A stretch of DNA of 64,000 nucleotides, taken from an uncultured Thermoplasmata archaeon. Its GTDB lineage: Archaea > Thermoplasmatota > Thermoplasmata > Lutacidiplasmatales > UBA184. The position numbers and the translations under genes are program-made. Positions 1-10,177 of this stretch are shown here, in pieces (position 1 is the stretch's first letter; each line of letters opens with the position of its first letter). The notes beneath the pieces were generated by a model. The model saw only the letters and a list, made by a program, of their open reading frames with translations. It was not told the origin of the DNA and did no database searches. The stretch is taken from NCBI GenBank assembly GCA_963771555.1, contig CAVYTM010000003.1, forward strand, positions 584,465-648,464. The letters run 5' to 3'.

Positions 1-123
1 ATCGAGGCCGGTCGAATGCTCGAGCTTCCCGAGGCCGAGGCGAATGACCTCCACGAACGTCGGCAAGTCCGCGCGCCGGATCTGTCGGAACACGAGAGGA
101 TTACCACCTTCGGTCATCGCATC

Positions 124-1122
124 CTATCGTTCTGCCCCGTCCGGCTCGTGCGGGTCGGCCAACGTACCATGCAAAGGATGTAACACGTTGGGTCCGGGAG
201 GTCCTGGGGGGCCGGCCTTCCTCGGTGGATCGGTCTTCGAACGTATGCTGCCCCCCAACAACGCCACCGCCACGACGATGAGACCCCCGCCGAGATACTG
301 GATCCCCGACAGAGCTACGCCGAGGATCAGCAGGCCTCCCATGGCGGCCACGATCGGCTCGAACGCGGCGGCGACTCCGGATTCGGTGGCGGTCAGGTGT
401 CGCAGCCCGTAGACGAACAGCGAGAAGGCGAGCAGGGTTCCGGCCACGATGACGAACAGGACCAGCCCGCCCAGAAGCGCCGCGCTCGCGATCGAGGCAG
501 GCCAATGGTATTGCAGCAACGTCCACGCGCCGAACGGTAGCGTGACGAGCCCGCCCACGAGGAACCCCCAGGTCGTCACCCAAATCGCGCTCTGCGTTTG
601 GACGAACTGTCGCGTGGCGATCGTGTAGTACGCCCCCGAAGCCGCGGAAAGTAGGCCGAAGAGGAGGCCAAGGGGGGTCAGCACGATGGTGAACCCGTGC
701 GGGGAGAGCGTTCCGATGAGGAGGATCGTCCCGGCGGCCGCGAACCCGAGAAGCGCGGCCCATCGGGCCGACCAGGTGATGGTGCCCGACGCGAGCTCGT
801 AGGCGGCCACCATGGGCAGGAACAGGAACTGCAGCAAGGTCGCGGTCGTGACGTTCGAGACCAGGATCGTCTCGAGGTACGTCGCCTGGGAGCCGACGAG
901 GCCCAGGACCGCCATGGCGACGAACGACCCCGTCCAGGGGCGGGGCCATCGGGGACGAGCTACCGCCAGGAGGAGCAGCGCCGCTCCCAGCATGCGGATG
1001 GTGACGAGCCCGAAGACCGGGAAGGAATACCCTTGCAGGAGGACCTGAGCGGCCGTTCCCGAGAGACCCCAGAGGGCCGACCCCGCGATGGCTGCGGCGA
1101 GCGCCGTCAGTTCCGCCCGCAT
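124..1122 (-). CDS. EamA/DMT-family membrane transporter
   Basis: 332-aa ORF made almost entirely of hydrophobic helices (about 10) with the two-halves organisation typical of EamA/DMT permeases. The longer ORFs overlapping it on both strands are GC-rich shadow frames. Confidence 0.7.
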   Translation of the reverse strand: MRAELTALAAAIAGSALWGLSGTAAQVLLQGYSFPVFGLVTIRMLGAALLLLAVARPRWPRPWTGSFVAMAVLGLVGSQATYLETILVSNVTTATLLQFLFLPMVAAYELASGTITWSARWAALLGFAAAGTILLIGTLSPHGFTIVLTPLGLLFGLLSAASGAYYTIATRQFVQTQSAIWVTTWGFLVGGLVTLPFGAWTLLQYHWPASIASAALLGGLVLFVIVAGTLLAFSLFVYGLRHLTATESGVAAAFEPIVAAMGGLLILGVALSGIQYLGGGLIVVAVALLGGSIRSKTDPPRKAGPPGPPGPNVLHPLHGTLADPHEPDGAER

Positions 1123-1289
1123 GAGGACCGACCGTTGCCGGGGGCCGCGTAGAGAGGCAGTAAGGAAGGCGTTTGCTTTCGGGCGGGCCGCGGACGAGCT
1201 CGAACGGCATGCGAGGAAGCGCTCCTCCGCTGCCCGGAAGAACTCCCGGTGCGGACGGACGGAAGCCGAACTCTCGCGACATAGTCGTG

Positions 1290-1297
1290 TTTATATA
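1290..1297 (+). promoter_or_regulatory. Archaeal TATA box of the thermosome gene
   Basis: TTTATATA in an otherwise GC-rich spacer, centred about 35 nt upstream of the ATG at 1329. This predicts a short leader. Confidence 0.6.
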
Positions 1298-1328
1298 GAA
1301 GAGCAATTCTGCCAAACGCGGTGACAGT

Positions 1329-2957
1329 ATGCTTCAGGGAACCCCGATTCTCGTCCTGAGAGAAGGTACCGAACGCGAGAAAGGAAAGGGCGCGACGGCG
1401 AACAATATCGCCGCGGCTCGGGCCGTGGCCGACACGGTGCGAACCACCCTCGGTCCGCGCGGCATGGACAAGATGCTGGTCGACGGAATGGGCGACATCA
1501 CGATCACGAACGACGGCGTCACGATCCTGAAGGAGATCGACGTCGAGCACCCGGCCGCGAAGATGCTGGTCGAGGTCGCGAAGACCCAGGACCAACAGTG
1601 CGGCGACGGGACCACCACGGCGGTCGTGATCGCCGGTGAGCTCCTCAAGCGCTCCGAGTATCTGCTCGAGCAGAACGTTCACCCCACGGTCATCGTCCGC
1701 GGTTTCCAACTCGCGCGCGAACAGGCACAACACCTCCTCGAGACCGAGATCGGTACGACCGTCAAGACGGACGACGAGTCCATCCTCATCGACTGTGCGG
1801 CGACCGCGATGGGATCGAAGGGAGTCTTCGGTTCGCGCGCGGAGCTCGCGAAGATCGCCGTCAAGGCGGTCCAGAAGATCGCCGAACGCCGCGGCGACAA
1901 GACGGTCGCGGACGTGGACCAGATCAAGGTCGAGAAGCGCCATGGCGGCACGATCTCCGACACCGAGCTCATCGAGGGGATCATCCTCGACAAGGAACGG
2001 GGCCACCCCCGGATGCCCGGCGAAGTGACGAACGCGAAGATCGCGCTCCTCAACTCGTCGCTCGAGATCAAGAAGACCGAGATCGAGAGCAAGATCAACA
2101 TCAAGAACGCGAACCAGATCCAGAGCTTCCTCGACGAGGAAGACAAGACGTTCCACAAGATGGTCGACTCGATCAAGGCGGTCGGCGCGAACGTGGTCGT
2201 CTGTCAGAAGGGGATCGACGACGTCGTTCTCCACTACCTCGCGAAGCAGGGCATCTACGCGGTGAAGCAGGTCAAGGAGTCGGACCTCCAGAAGCTGGCC
2301 CGAGCCACCGGCGGGAAGATCGTCACCGGCATCAAGGAACTGACCTCGGGAGACCTCGGCTCGGCGGCCAAGGTCGACGAGCGCAAGGTGGGAGACGACA
2401 AGATGACGTTCGTCACGGGATGTGCCAATCCCCGGTCCGTCTCGATCCTCATTCGGGGCGGCACCGAGCACGTTACGCAGGAAGTCGAACGCTCGATCCA
2501 CGACGCCCTCAAGGTCGTCTCGAGCGTCATCGAGGACGGCGTCGTCTGTCCGGGCGGCGGCGCGACCGAGATCGACCTTGCGGTGAAGCTTCGAAAGTGG
2601 GCCGGCACCGTCGGTGGCCGCGAGCAGCTCGCGGTCGAGGCGTTCGCTCAGGCCCTCGAATGCATCCCGTGGGCGCTCGCCGAGAACGGGGGGTACGACT
2701 CGATCAACACCCTCATCGACCTTCGGAGCGCGCACGACGGCCCCAGCGCGAACAAGAACGCCGGGATCAACCTCGCCGACGGCAAGTCGGCCGACATGTG
2801 GAAGCTCCACATCATCGAGCCACTGCGCGTCAAAAGTCAGGCGCTGAGCTCGGCGACCGAGGTCGCGAGCATGATCCTGCGGATCGACGACATCATCGCG
2901 TCGAAGAAGGGTGGCGGCGGGCCGCCCGGCGGTGGTGGCGGCGGCCACGACCACTAG
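1329..2957 (+). CDS. ths: Thermosome subunit (group II chaperonin)
   Basis: 542 aa. Hallmark group II chaperonin sequences: [15 protein letters not shown] and [15 protein letters not shown]. Gly-rich C-terminal tail. Confidence 0.95.
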   Translation: MLQGTPILVLREGTEREKGKGATANNIAAARAVADTVRTTLGPRGMDKMLVDGMGDITITNDGVTILKEIDVEHPAAKMLVEVAKTQDQQCGDGTTTAVVIAGELLKRSEYLLEQNVHPTVIVRGFQLAREQAQHLLETEIGTTVKTDDESILIDCAATAMGSKGVFGSRAELAKIAVKAVQKIAERRGDKTVADVDQIKVEKRHGGTISDTELIEGIILDKERGHPRMPGEVTNAKIALLNSSLEIKKTEIESKINIKNANQIQSFLDEEDKTFHKMVDSIKAVGANVVVCQKGIDDVVLHYLAKQGIYAVKQVKESDLQKLARATGGKIVTGIKELTSGDLGSAAKVDERKVGDDKMTFVTGCANPRSVSILIRGGTEHVTQEVERSIHDALKVVSSVIEDGVVCPGGGATEIDLAVKLRKWAGTVGGREQLAVEAFAQALECIPWALAENGGYDSINTLIDLRSAHDGPSANKNAGINLADGKSADMWKLHIIEPLRVKSQALSSATEVASMILRIDDIIASKKGGGGPPGGGGGGHDH

Positions 2958-2976
2958 ACTCGGTCGAACTCCTTCC

Positions 2977-3010
2977 TCGGACCGGGGGCCCCTATCGGGG
3001 ACCGGTCCGA
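2977..3010 (+). terminator. Strong hairpin 20 nt after the thermosome stop
   Basis: Perfect 9-bp stem TCGGACCGG/CCGGTCCGA enclosing a second small palindrome. No T-tract follows, so a terminator role is uncertain. Confidence 0.35.
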
Positions 3011-3045
3011 AGCCTTCATAACGCGAGGGCGGTAGGCCGCTCGCC

Positions 3046-3447
3046 ATGCGGACGAAGCCGGTCGAGGGAGTGCTCCGTCTCGACATCGTAGCGCTCGACC
3101 CGCGTCCCGCGATCTACCTCGCCTACGACGGCCTCGCGGGCGTCAGTCAGCGCCCCATTCTCCGCGACCTGGTCGAGGAGCTCGAGCGAAAGGGACCCGA
3201 GGAGCTCGCGAAGTTACTCACGGCGCTACGGAGCCGCCGCTCGGGCATGGTGCACGTGTACTTCTCCGACTACGTGAGCTACGGGATTGGTGGGGGCGAC
3301 GCGGCGGCCGAGTTCTTCCTCGGCACGTTCCTCCTTCTTCACGAGCCTGCCCGGGCGGCGGGAAAGGACCCGGCGATCCCCGAGCATCTCGCGCTCTTCC
3401 GCCCCGGCGGCGTCGAGCGCCTCGCGGTCGAGCCCACAGCGCGATAG
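3046..3447 (+). CDS. Hypothetical protein
   Basis: 133-aa ORF filling the gap between the thermosome and lysS genes on the same strand. No motif recognised. Confidence 0.45.
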   Translation: MRTKPVEGVLRLDIVALDPRPAIYLAYDGLAGVSQRPILRDLVEELERKGPEELAKLLTALRSRRSGMVHVYFSDYVSYGIGGGDAAAEFFLGTFLLLHEPARAAGKDPAIPEHLALFRPGGVERLAVEPTAR

Positions 3448-3501
3448 GCCCGCCCTCCCTGCGAAGCATTTTCTGCACGGCTACGTCTCGCCGGTCGTCG
3501 G

Positions 3502-4977
3502 ATGGCCGAAGAGAACCGTCTCGAACAGGAGCGCCGCGCCAAGATCGCACGGTGGCGAGCGGAGGGAAAGGAGCCGTATCCATGGACCTTCCCGGACCGC
3601 TCCCCGACCGAACACGTCCGATCGGCCTGCCAGTCGCTCAAGCCCGGAGAGGAATCTTCGGGTCCCCCCGTGCGTGTCGCGGGTCGGCTGGTGGCGATCC
3701 GTCAGCACGGAAAGACCGCCTTCGCGGACCTCGAGGATCTCTCGGGTTCTCTCCAGCTGCTCCTTCGGGTCGATGAGCTCGGCGACGCACCCTACCAGAC
3801 GTGGCTTTCCGACCTCGACCCCGGTGACATCGTTGGCGCCGAGGGAACTCCGACCGTCTCGCGCCGGGGGGAACCCTCCCTGCTCGTCCGGTCCCTGACG
3901 CTGCTCGCGAAAGCGATCCATCCGCCCCCGGAGAAGTTCCACGGGCTCCAGAATGTCGAGGAACGACTTCGCCGACGCTACATCGACCTGCTCGCCTCGC
4001 CCGAGGCCCGTGCCCGGTTCCGCAACCGGACCCTGCTGGTCCGGGAGATCCGTCGGTATTTCGATGAGGCCGGTTTCCTCGAGGTCGAAACCCCGGTGCT
4101 CTCCCAGGTCGCGAGCGGAGCGACGGCAGCCCCGTTCGTCACACGGTCGAACTACCTCGACGCGGAGCTCCGGCTTCGGATCTCGATCGAGCTTCCGCTG
4201 AAGCGCCTGCTCGTCGGGGGAATGGAACGGGTGTATGAGCTCTCGAAGGCGTTCCGCAACGAGGACCTCGACAGCACGCACTCACCGGAATTCACGGAGT
4301 TCGAGGCCTACTGGGCGTACGCCGATTACCACGATATGCGTCGTCTGATGGAGGGTCTTTTCGAACGGCTCGCTCGCCGGACCCTCGAGCTCTGTCCCGG
4401 CGACGCCACGGTCGAGGCCGCTGCCAAGCTGTTCCTCCCTCCGTTCCCGACCGTGGATTTTGTCGAGGCTCTCGAGGCCCGCAGCGGTATCTCCGGACTG
4501 CTGTCGAAGAGCCGGGAGGAATTGCGCGACCTCGCCCGAGCCGCCGGCTCCACCGTCCCCGATAACTCGTCGACCGGAACGTTCCTCGATAAGTTGTTCG
4601 AGCATTATGTTGAGCCGACATTCGACCGCGTGACGTTCGTCGTCGACTACCCCTCCGCGACGACCCCGCTCGCGAAGCGCCACCGCTCGAAGCCCGACCG
4701 GGTCGAGCGGTTCGAGGTCTTCCATCCGAACTTCGAGCTCGCGAACGCCTACACCGAGCTCAACGACCCGGACGAGCAGGAAGCCCGGTTCCGGGCCCAG
4801 CTCGGAGAGCGGGGGGACGACCGCTACGCCTTCGATGAGGATTACGTGAGGGCGCTCGGTTACGGCCTCCCACCGAACACGGGCGTCGGGTTCGGCGTCG
4901 ACCGCCTGCTGATGGGCCTCCTCGGGATCACGTCGATCAAGGAGATCGTCCTGTTCCCGCTGATCCGCGCCCGTTAG
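3502..4977 (+). CDS. lysS: Lysine--tRNA ligase, class II
   Basis: 491 aa. N-terminal OB-type anticodon-binding region, then a class II core with PEFTEFEAYWAYADYHDM (LysRS-II signature region) and a motif 3-like GFGVDRLLMGLLG. Confidence 0.9.
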   Translation: MAEENRLEQERRAKIARWRAEGKEPYPWTFPDRSPTEHVRSACQSLKPGEESSGPPVRVAGRLVAIRQHGKTAFADLEDLSGSLQLLLRVDELGDAPYQTWLSDLDPGDIVGAEGTPTVSRRGEPSLLVRSLTLLAKAIHPPPEKFHGLQNVEERLRRRYIDLLASPEARARFRNRTLLVREIRRYFDEAGFLEVETPVLSQVASGATAAPFVTRSNYLDAELRLRISIELPLKRLLVGGMERVYELSKAFRNEDLDSTHSPEFTEFEAYWAYADYHDMRRLMEGLFERLARRTLELCPGDATVEAAAKLFLPPFPTVDFVEALEARSGISGLLSKSREELRDLARAAGSTVPDNSSTGTFLDKLFEHYVEPTFDRVTFVVDYPSATTPLAKRHRSKPDRVERFEVFHPNFELANAYTELNDPDEQEARFRAQLGERGDDRYAFDEDYVRALGYGLPPNTGVGFGVDRLLMGLLGITSIKEIVLFPLIRAR

Positions 4978-5028
4978 TTTTCGGGTCCCCCCACGCAGTT
5001 ATACCTGCGGCGGACGGATAGTGGAGGG

Positions 5029-5835
5029 ATGGCGGACATTGCCCCCGAGACGAGCTCGACCCCGCTCGCGCTCGAGGGGCTCTCCGTAGCGTACGGGGAG
5101 CGGGTCGCGGTCCAGCAGCTCTCCCTCACGGTACGGCCGGGAGAGATCTACGGCTTGCTGGGGTCGAACGGTGCCGGGAAGACCAGCACGATCAAGGCTG
5201 TCGTGGGGCTTGTGCGCCCGACGGCGGGAGAGATCCGGGTCTTCGGGGTCGACGCGCTTCGGGATTCGCTCTCGGTGAAGGCTCGGATCGGATACGTTCC
5301 CGAGACCTCGATGCTCTACGAGGCACTTACGCCCCGTGAGTTCCTCGAGTTCGTCGCGAGCGTGCGCCGGATGGACGCACTGACCGCCACCCGCCGCATG
5401 CAGAGCTACGCCGAGGCGTTTCGGCTGGAGGCGGAGATCGAAGAGCCGATCGCCACGCTCTCGAACGGGACGCGCCAGAAGGTCCTCATCATCGCGGCGC
5501 TCCTGCACGCCCCGCCCCTTCTCGTCCTCGACGAACCGCTCAACAGCCTCGACCCCCGGTCGGTCCGGATCATGAAGGACGTCCTGATGCGCTACGTTGC
5601 GGCCGGAGGTCGCGGCGTCCTGTTCTCGACCCACACGATGGAGGTCGCCGAGCAGCTCTGCCACCGGGTCGGGATCCTCGACCGAGGTGTCCTTCGGGGG
5701 GAGGGCACGCTCACCGCCCTTCGGGAACGGGTCGCCGCGGGAGAATCCTCGCTCGAGGAGATCTTCCTGCGGCTCACGGAGGAAGACGTGGGGGTGCGGG
5801 CCGCGGTGGACTCCCTCGGCGACCCCTCCGTATGA
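5029..5835 (+). CDS. ABC transporter ATP-binding protein (ABC-2 type)
   Basis: Walker A GSNGAGKT, signature LSNGTRQK, Walker B LLVLDEP. Confidence 0.9.
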   Translation: MADIAPETSSTPLALEGLSVAYGERVAVQQLSLTVRPGEIYGLLGSNGAGKTSTIKAVVGLVRPTAGEIRVFGVDALRDSLSVKARIGYVPETSMLYEALTPREFLEFVASVRRMDALTATRRMQSYAEAFRLEAEIEEPIATLSNGTRQKVLIIAALLHAPPLLVLDEPLNSLDPRSVRIMKDVLMRYVAAGGRGVLFSTHTMEVAEQLCHRVGILDRGVLRGEGTLTALRERVAAGESSLEEIFLRLTEEDVGVRAAVDSLGDPSV

Positions 5836-7496
5836 GCTGGCGCGAGGCGTTCCGGCTCAGCGACGTCGCGTTCACCGAGCTCTCGCTGCAGGCGGTCTAC
5901 GCCTTTCGCCAAGGGAACGTCCTGCCGGCCGGTCCCCCGAAGAGCCTGGTCGCTCGCTCGCGCCGTCGCGTCCTCCAGAGCAAGGTCGTCATCAGCGCGG
6001 TGCTCGCGCTGCTCACCCTGGGCGCCGCGGCGGTCCTTCACCAGAAGGCGTTGAATCCCGAGATCCTCGCGGCCGTCCCGGTGGGGCTCTTTCAGAGCGC
6101 CATCCTGACGGGACTCTTCAGCCTCGACATCGCGCTTCTCTGGTGGACGGGGGTCCAGGTGATCCCGACCCTGATCTCGTCGGGCGTCCTCAATGTCCTC
6201 GAGCCGCTCCCGATCGAACTGCGAACCCTTCGTCGAGTCTCGGTCATCCTCTACTTGCGACTCTTCGACTTCCCCGCCCTGACGATCATCATCCTGACGC
6301 CCCTCGCCGTGGGACTCGCCCTCGGCCCCCTCGGTGGCCTCGCCGCCCTGCCGGGCGCCCTCGTGGCCGTGGTCTACGCCCTCGCGCTCTCCCTGCTCAC
6401 GGGACGGTTCTTCCTGCGCCGGGTTCAGGGTTCGCGCGGTGGCGGCGGCCGTGCCATCGTTCGATGGGCGTACCTCGTGCTCTGGCTCGTTCCGGCGTTC
6501 GCCATGTTCGGCTTCATCACGGCCGCTCCAGCGTTCTTCCGTGCCCTCGCGACCTTGGCCGTTCAGGGCCCCTCGCTGGATACCGCCCTGCTCGCCGCAG
6601 CGTTTCCGTTCTCCTTCGCCGCACTCCCCGCGATCGTCGCCGGCGGGTCCTCGTCTCTCGTGATCCTCTCTCCGGGCACCGACCTCGTCCTCGGCGTCGC
6701 GGCCGCCGGCTACCTCGCCCTCGCCGGCTGGGCCATCGTCTGGCTCGCCCGTTCCGTGCGGACGCTCCTCTTCCTTCCGGTCCGGGCCCCGATCGCTCTC
6801 CCGGCGACCGTGTCGATCCTGCGCCCGATGGGGCGCGCTCGCGCCGTCCTCGTGAAGGACCTCAGGATCGCGAGTCGAACTCCCGGCTACGCCTTCCTGA
6901 TCCTCCTCCCGATCCTGGACGCGGGCGCGCTCGGTCTCCTTACCTACGCGACCCCCGCGCAGAACCCGGCCGCGGCGTCGCTCGCGCTCGGAGCGGTGAC
7001 GACCGCGGCGCTCCTCGCAACCTTCTTTGGCCCCGCGTTCTTCGCGATCGAAGTGATCGCCTACTCGTACGGTCGCACCCTTCCACTTTCGAACCGTTCG
7101 ATCGTCTTCGGAAAAGTGGCGATGATCAGCCTCATGTATCTCATCGCCGCCGGCCTGATCATCGCCTTCACCTTGCTGCGCTTCTTCCAGCCGTACACGT
7201 TCGTGGCCTTCGGGCTCGCAGAACTCCCCGCGGTCCTCGGGGCGGCGTTCCTCGAGCTCGGGTTCCTCTTCCGTTGGGCCCGTCGACGGGGTCTCGCGAT
7301 CACGAACCTCTACGCGGGGGCCTGGTTCGCGGTCCTCGTTTCCATCCCCGGGCTCCTGATGGCAGGACTTCCACCGCTCCTCTTCGACCTCGTACGGGGG
7401 TCGGGCACCGGGTTCGGCCTGGAGGTGATGGCGCTCGTCGCGCTTGCCGAACTGGCGATCGGGGCGCCGGTCGCGCTCGGGAGGGGAGCCGCCTGA
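5832..7496 (+). CDS. Polytopic membrane protein, probable permease partner of the preceding ABC ATPase
   Basis: 554 aa, highly hydrophobic with many predicted helices. Its ATG overlaps the upstream stop (ATGA), implying translational coupling. Confidence 0.65.
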   Translation: MSWREAFRLSDVAFTELSLQAVYAFRQGNVLPAGPPKSLVARSRRRVLQSKVVISAVLALLTLGAAAVLHQKALNPEILAAVPVGLFQSAILTGLFSLDIALLWWTGVQVIPTLISSGVLNVLEPLPIELRTLRRVSVILYLRLFDFPALTIIILTPLAVGLALGPLGGLAALPGALVAVVYALALSLLTGRFFLRRVQGSRGGGGRAIVRWAYLVLWLVPAFAMFGFITAAPAFFRALATLAVQGPSLDTALLAAAFPFSFAALPAIVAGGSSSLVILSPGTDLVLGVAAAGYLALAGWAIVWLARSVRTLLFLPVRAPIALPATVSILRPMGRARAVLVKDLRIASRTPGYAFLILLPILDAGALGLLTYATPAQNPAAASLALGAVTTAALLATFFGPAFFAIEVIAYSYGRTLPLSNRSIVFGKVAMISLMYLIAAGLIIAFTLLRFFQPYTFVAFGLAELPAVLGAAFLELGFLFRWARRRGLAITNLYAGAWFAVLVSIPGLLMAGLPPLLFDLVRGSGTGFGLEVMALVALAELAIGAPVALGRGAA

Positions 7497-10177
7497 GCGC
7501 CCCGACGTTACCCTCGCGCTTCGAGCCGAGGGAGATCGAGGCTCGCTGGCAACAGGAATGGGATGCGCGGGAGATCGCCCGCGGCCCGGACCGGCCGAAG
7601 GGCCCGACCTACTCCGTCATCCTCCCGCCGCCCAACGTGACCGGGGTGCTCACCATGGGTCACATGCTGGGGGACACGGTGATGGACGTCCTCGTCCGCC
7701 ACCACCGGATGCGCGGGGACGCGACGGTCTGGGTCCCGGGCCTCGATCATGCCGGCCTCGCGACCCAGGTCGAGGTTCGCCGTCGCTTGTCGAAGCAGGG
7801 AGTTCGCTTCGAGACGCTACCCCGCGAGCAAGCACTCCACGAGATCGAGCGGTGGGTCGAGGAACACGCGAAGCGGATCCGCGAACAAACCCGGGCCGGC
7901 GGCTTCTCGGTGGATTGGACCCGTTACCGGTACACGATGGACGCCGCCAGCGTCCGCGCGACCCGAGAGGTGTTCGTCCGCCTGCATCAGGAGGGCCTGG
8001 TCTACCGCGGCGAGCGGATGGTCAATTGGGACCCCAAGCTCCGGACCGCGATCAGCGACCTCGAGGTGGTCCACACCGACGAGGAAAGCTCGCTCGTCTT
8101 CCTCCGGTATCCCTGGGCGGATGGGACCCTCGGCGGGCTCGAGGTCGCGACGGTCCGGCCCGAGACGATCTTCGGAGATGTGGCGGTCGCCGTCCACCCC
8201 GAGGACGAGCGGTATCGCGCGTTGGTCGGGAAGGAGGTCATCGTTCCTCTCACGGACCGCAAGGTCCCGATTATCACCGATACGGCCATCGACCCGACGT
8301 TCGGGGCCGGGGCGCTCAAGGTGACCCCGCGCCACGACCTCGTCGACCACGAGGTCTTCCTTCGCCACCCGGGCCTTCCCATGCCACCCGACATCCTCGA
8401 CGATGCGGGCTTCTTGACCGGACCGTGGGTCCCCGCCGACTACCGGGGGCTGGACCGGGAGGACGCGCGTGCGAAGTCGCTCGAGGACTTGGAACGCGCC
8501 GGGCTTCTCGTCCGCCGCCAGCCCTACCGTCACTCGGTCGCGAGGTCGGAACGTTCGGACGCGGTGATCGAGCCTCGCCTCTCGACCCAGTGGTTCGTCC
8601 GGATGCGGACCCTCGCGACCCCCGTCATCGATGCGGTCCACCGAGGGGAGATCCGAATCCATCCCGACCGTTGGGAGAAGACGTTCTTCCGCTGGTTGGA
8701 GGAGATCCAGGATTGGTGCATCTCGCGGCAGGTCCTGTGGGGCCATCCCATCCCCGTCTACCACTGTCACGCGTGCCACCGGGAGTTCGCCGCGGTGGAC
8801 CCTCCGACCGCATGCGACCGCTGTGGCGCGTCCGAGCTGCGACCCGACCCCGACGTGCTCGACACCTGGTTCACCTCCTGGCTGTGGCCGTTCCTCACGC
8901 TCGGCTGGCCGGAGCGCACCGCCGACCTCGACCACTACTACCCGACGAACGTTCTCGTCACCGGCCGCGACATCATGTTCTTCTGGGTCGCCCGGATGAT
9001 GATGGCCGGTTACTACTTCCGCAACGCTCGGCCCTTCTCGGACGTCTACTTCACCGGTATGCTCCGCGACGAGAAGGGTCGCAAGATGTCGAAGCATCTC
9101 GGGAACTCCCCGGAACCGCTCGACCTCATCCGCGAGCGCGGCGCGGACGCCCTCCGTTTCGCCCTGGTCTTCCCGAACCCGACCGATGAGGACGGGCCGT
9201 TCGGCTCGGCGGCGCTCGACGGCGGCCGCAACTTCCTCACCAAGGTCTGGAACCTGGTCCGCTTCACCCTCACGTTCGTTCCTCCCGGGACGCATCCTCC
9301 CGAGGCCCCGCCCATGCTCTCCGGTGCGAGTGCGCTCGCGAACCGCTGGGTCCTCTCCCGATACCACCATGCGGTCGAGGAGGTCGACCGGGCGCTCGCC
9401 GAGTTCCGGCCGACCCAGGCCGCCGCCGCGCTCTACGATTTCCTCTGGCACGACGTGGCCGACCGCTACGTGGAGATCGCCAAGGAATCGCTCCTCGGAA
9501 AGCGAGGCGAGCCGGCCCAACGCGAAGCCGCCGCCACCCTCCTCTTCGTGGTGGAACGCTCGCTGCGGCTCCTCCACCCGTTCGTTCCCCACGTGACCGA
9601 GGAGCTCTGGCATGCCCTGCCGCATCCGGACTCGCTGCTCGCGACCGCCGCGTGGCCCCGTCCCGACGAAGCTCCTTCCGACCCGGCGGCCGAGCTCGAG
9701 ATGGAGCCGATCCTCGAGACGGTGCGAATGCTCCGCAACCTCCGGGCCGAGGAGAAGGTCCCGGTCGAATCCTTTCCGAAGGCCTGGGTCCGCCCGAGCG
9801 GGTCCGAGGCCGCTCGCATACTCTCCGCGGAGCGGAGCACGGTCGAGCGACTCGCACGGGTGCGACCGCTCGAGATCCTCCGGGACGGGGACGAAGTGCC
9901 GACCGGAACGGGTCGGCGGGTGGCCGCTTTCGGAGAGTGCTTCCTCGAACGCCCGGTCGCGTCGGGAGCGACCGCCGAGGCGCTCCTCAAGGAACGCGAG
10001 AAGCTCTCCGCCCTTCTCGAGAAGACGCGGGCGCGGCTCGCCGACCCGGGATTCCGGGACCGGGCGCCGCCGGAGGTGGTCCGGGAGGCCGAGGAGAAGG
10101 CGGCCGAGCTCGGCGAACGGGTCCGGCGCATCGACGAACACTTGAAGCAGGACGGAGCGTCGTCCGTCGCACCATGA
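7493..10177 (+). CDS. valS: Valine--tRNA ligase (bacterial-type, with C-terminal coiled coil)
   Basis: PPPNVTGVLTMGH (HIGH region), KMSKHLGNS (KMSKS), CP1 editing region TDTAIDPTFGAGALKVTPRHD, and a C-terminal coiled coil (LEKTRARLADPGFRDRAPPEVVREAEEK). Homology begins at LPSRFEPREIEARW (about 7508). No ATG/GTG/TTG lies nearby, so CTG 7493 is only a guess for the start. The tracked ORF start at 5597 is an artefact of the open GC-rich frame. Confidence 0.9.
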   Translation: MSAPTLPSRFEPREIEARWQQEWDAREIARGPDRPKGPTYSVILPPPNVTGVLTMGHMLGDTVMDVLVRHHRMRGDATVWVPGLDHAGLATQVEVRRRLSKQGVRFETLPREQALHEIERWVEEHAKRIREQTRAGGFSVDWTRYRYTMDAASVRATREVFVRLHQEGLVYRGERMVNWDPKLRTAISDLEVVHTDEESSLVFLRYPWADGTLGGLEVATVRPETIFGDVAVAVHPEDERYRALVGKEVIVPLTDRKVPIITDTAIDPTFGAGALKVTPRHDLVDHEVFLRHPGLPMPPDILDDAGFLTGPWVPADYRGLDREDARAKSLEDLERAGLLVRRQPYRHSVARSERSDAVIEPRLSTQWFVRMRTLATPVIDAVHRGEIRIHPDRWEKTFFRWLEEIQDWCISRQVLWGHPIPVYHCHACHREFAAVDPPTACDRCGASELRPDPDVLDTWFTSWLWPFLTLGWPERTADLDHYYPTNVLVTGRDIMFFWVARMMMAGYYFRNARPFSDVYFTGMLRDEKGRKMSKHLGNSPEPLDLIRERGADALRFALVFPNPTDEDGPFGSAALDGGRNFLTKVWNLVRFTLTFVPPGTHPPEAPPMLSGASALANRWVLSRYHHAVEEVDRALAEFRPTQAAAALYDFLWHDVADRYVEIAKESLLGKRGEPAQREAAATLLFVVERSLRLLHPFVPHVTEELWHALPHPDSLLATAAWPRPDEAPSDPAAELEMEPILETVRMLRNLRAEEKVPVESFPKAWVRPSGSEAARILSAERSTVERLARVRPLEILRDGDEVPTGTGRRVAAFGECFLERPVASGATAEALLKEREKLSALLEKTRARLADPGFRDRAPPEVVREAEEKAAELGERVRRIDEHLKQDGASSVAP

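Noticed and set aside
1107-3086. Very long ORFs antisense to or overlapping confident genes (e.g. 101-1315, 1107-3086, 7817-10618, 10844-12031, 13266-15125, 40644-41624, 54276-55577, and the 5597-7492 extension of the valS frame)
   Set aside because: These are typical shadow ORFs of a high-GC genome. Their translations are Arg/Pro/Gly-rich and low in complexity. They overlap genes with clear family motifs and have no motifs of their own.
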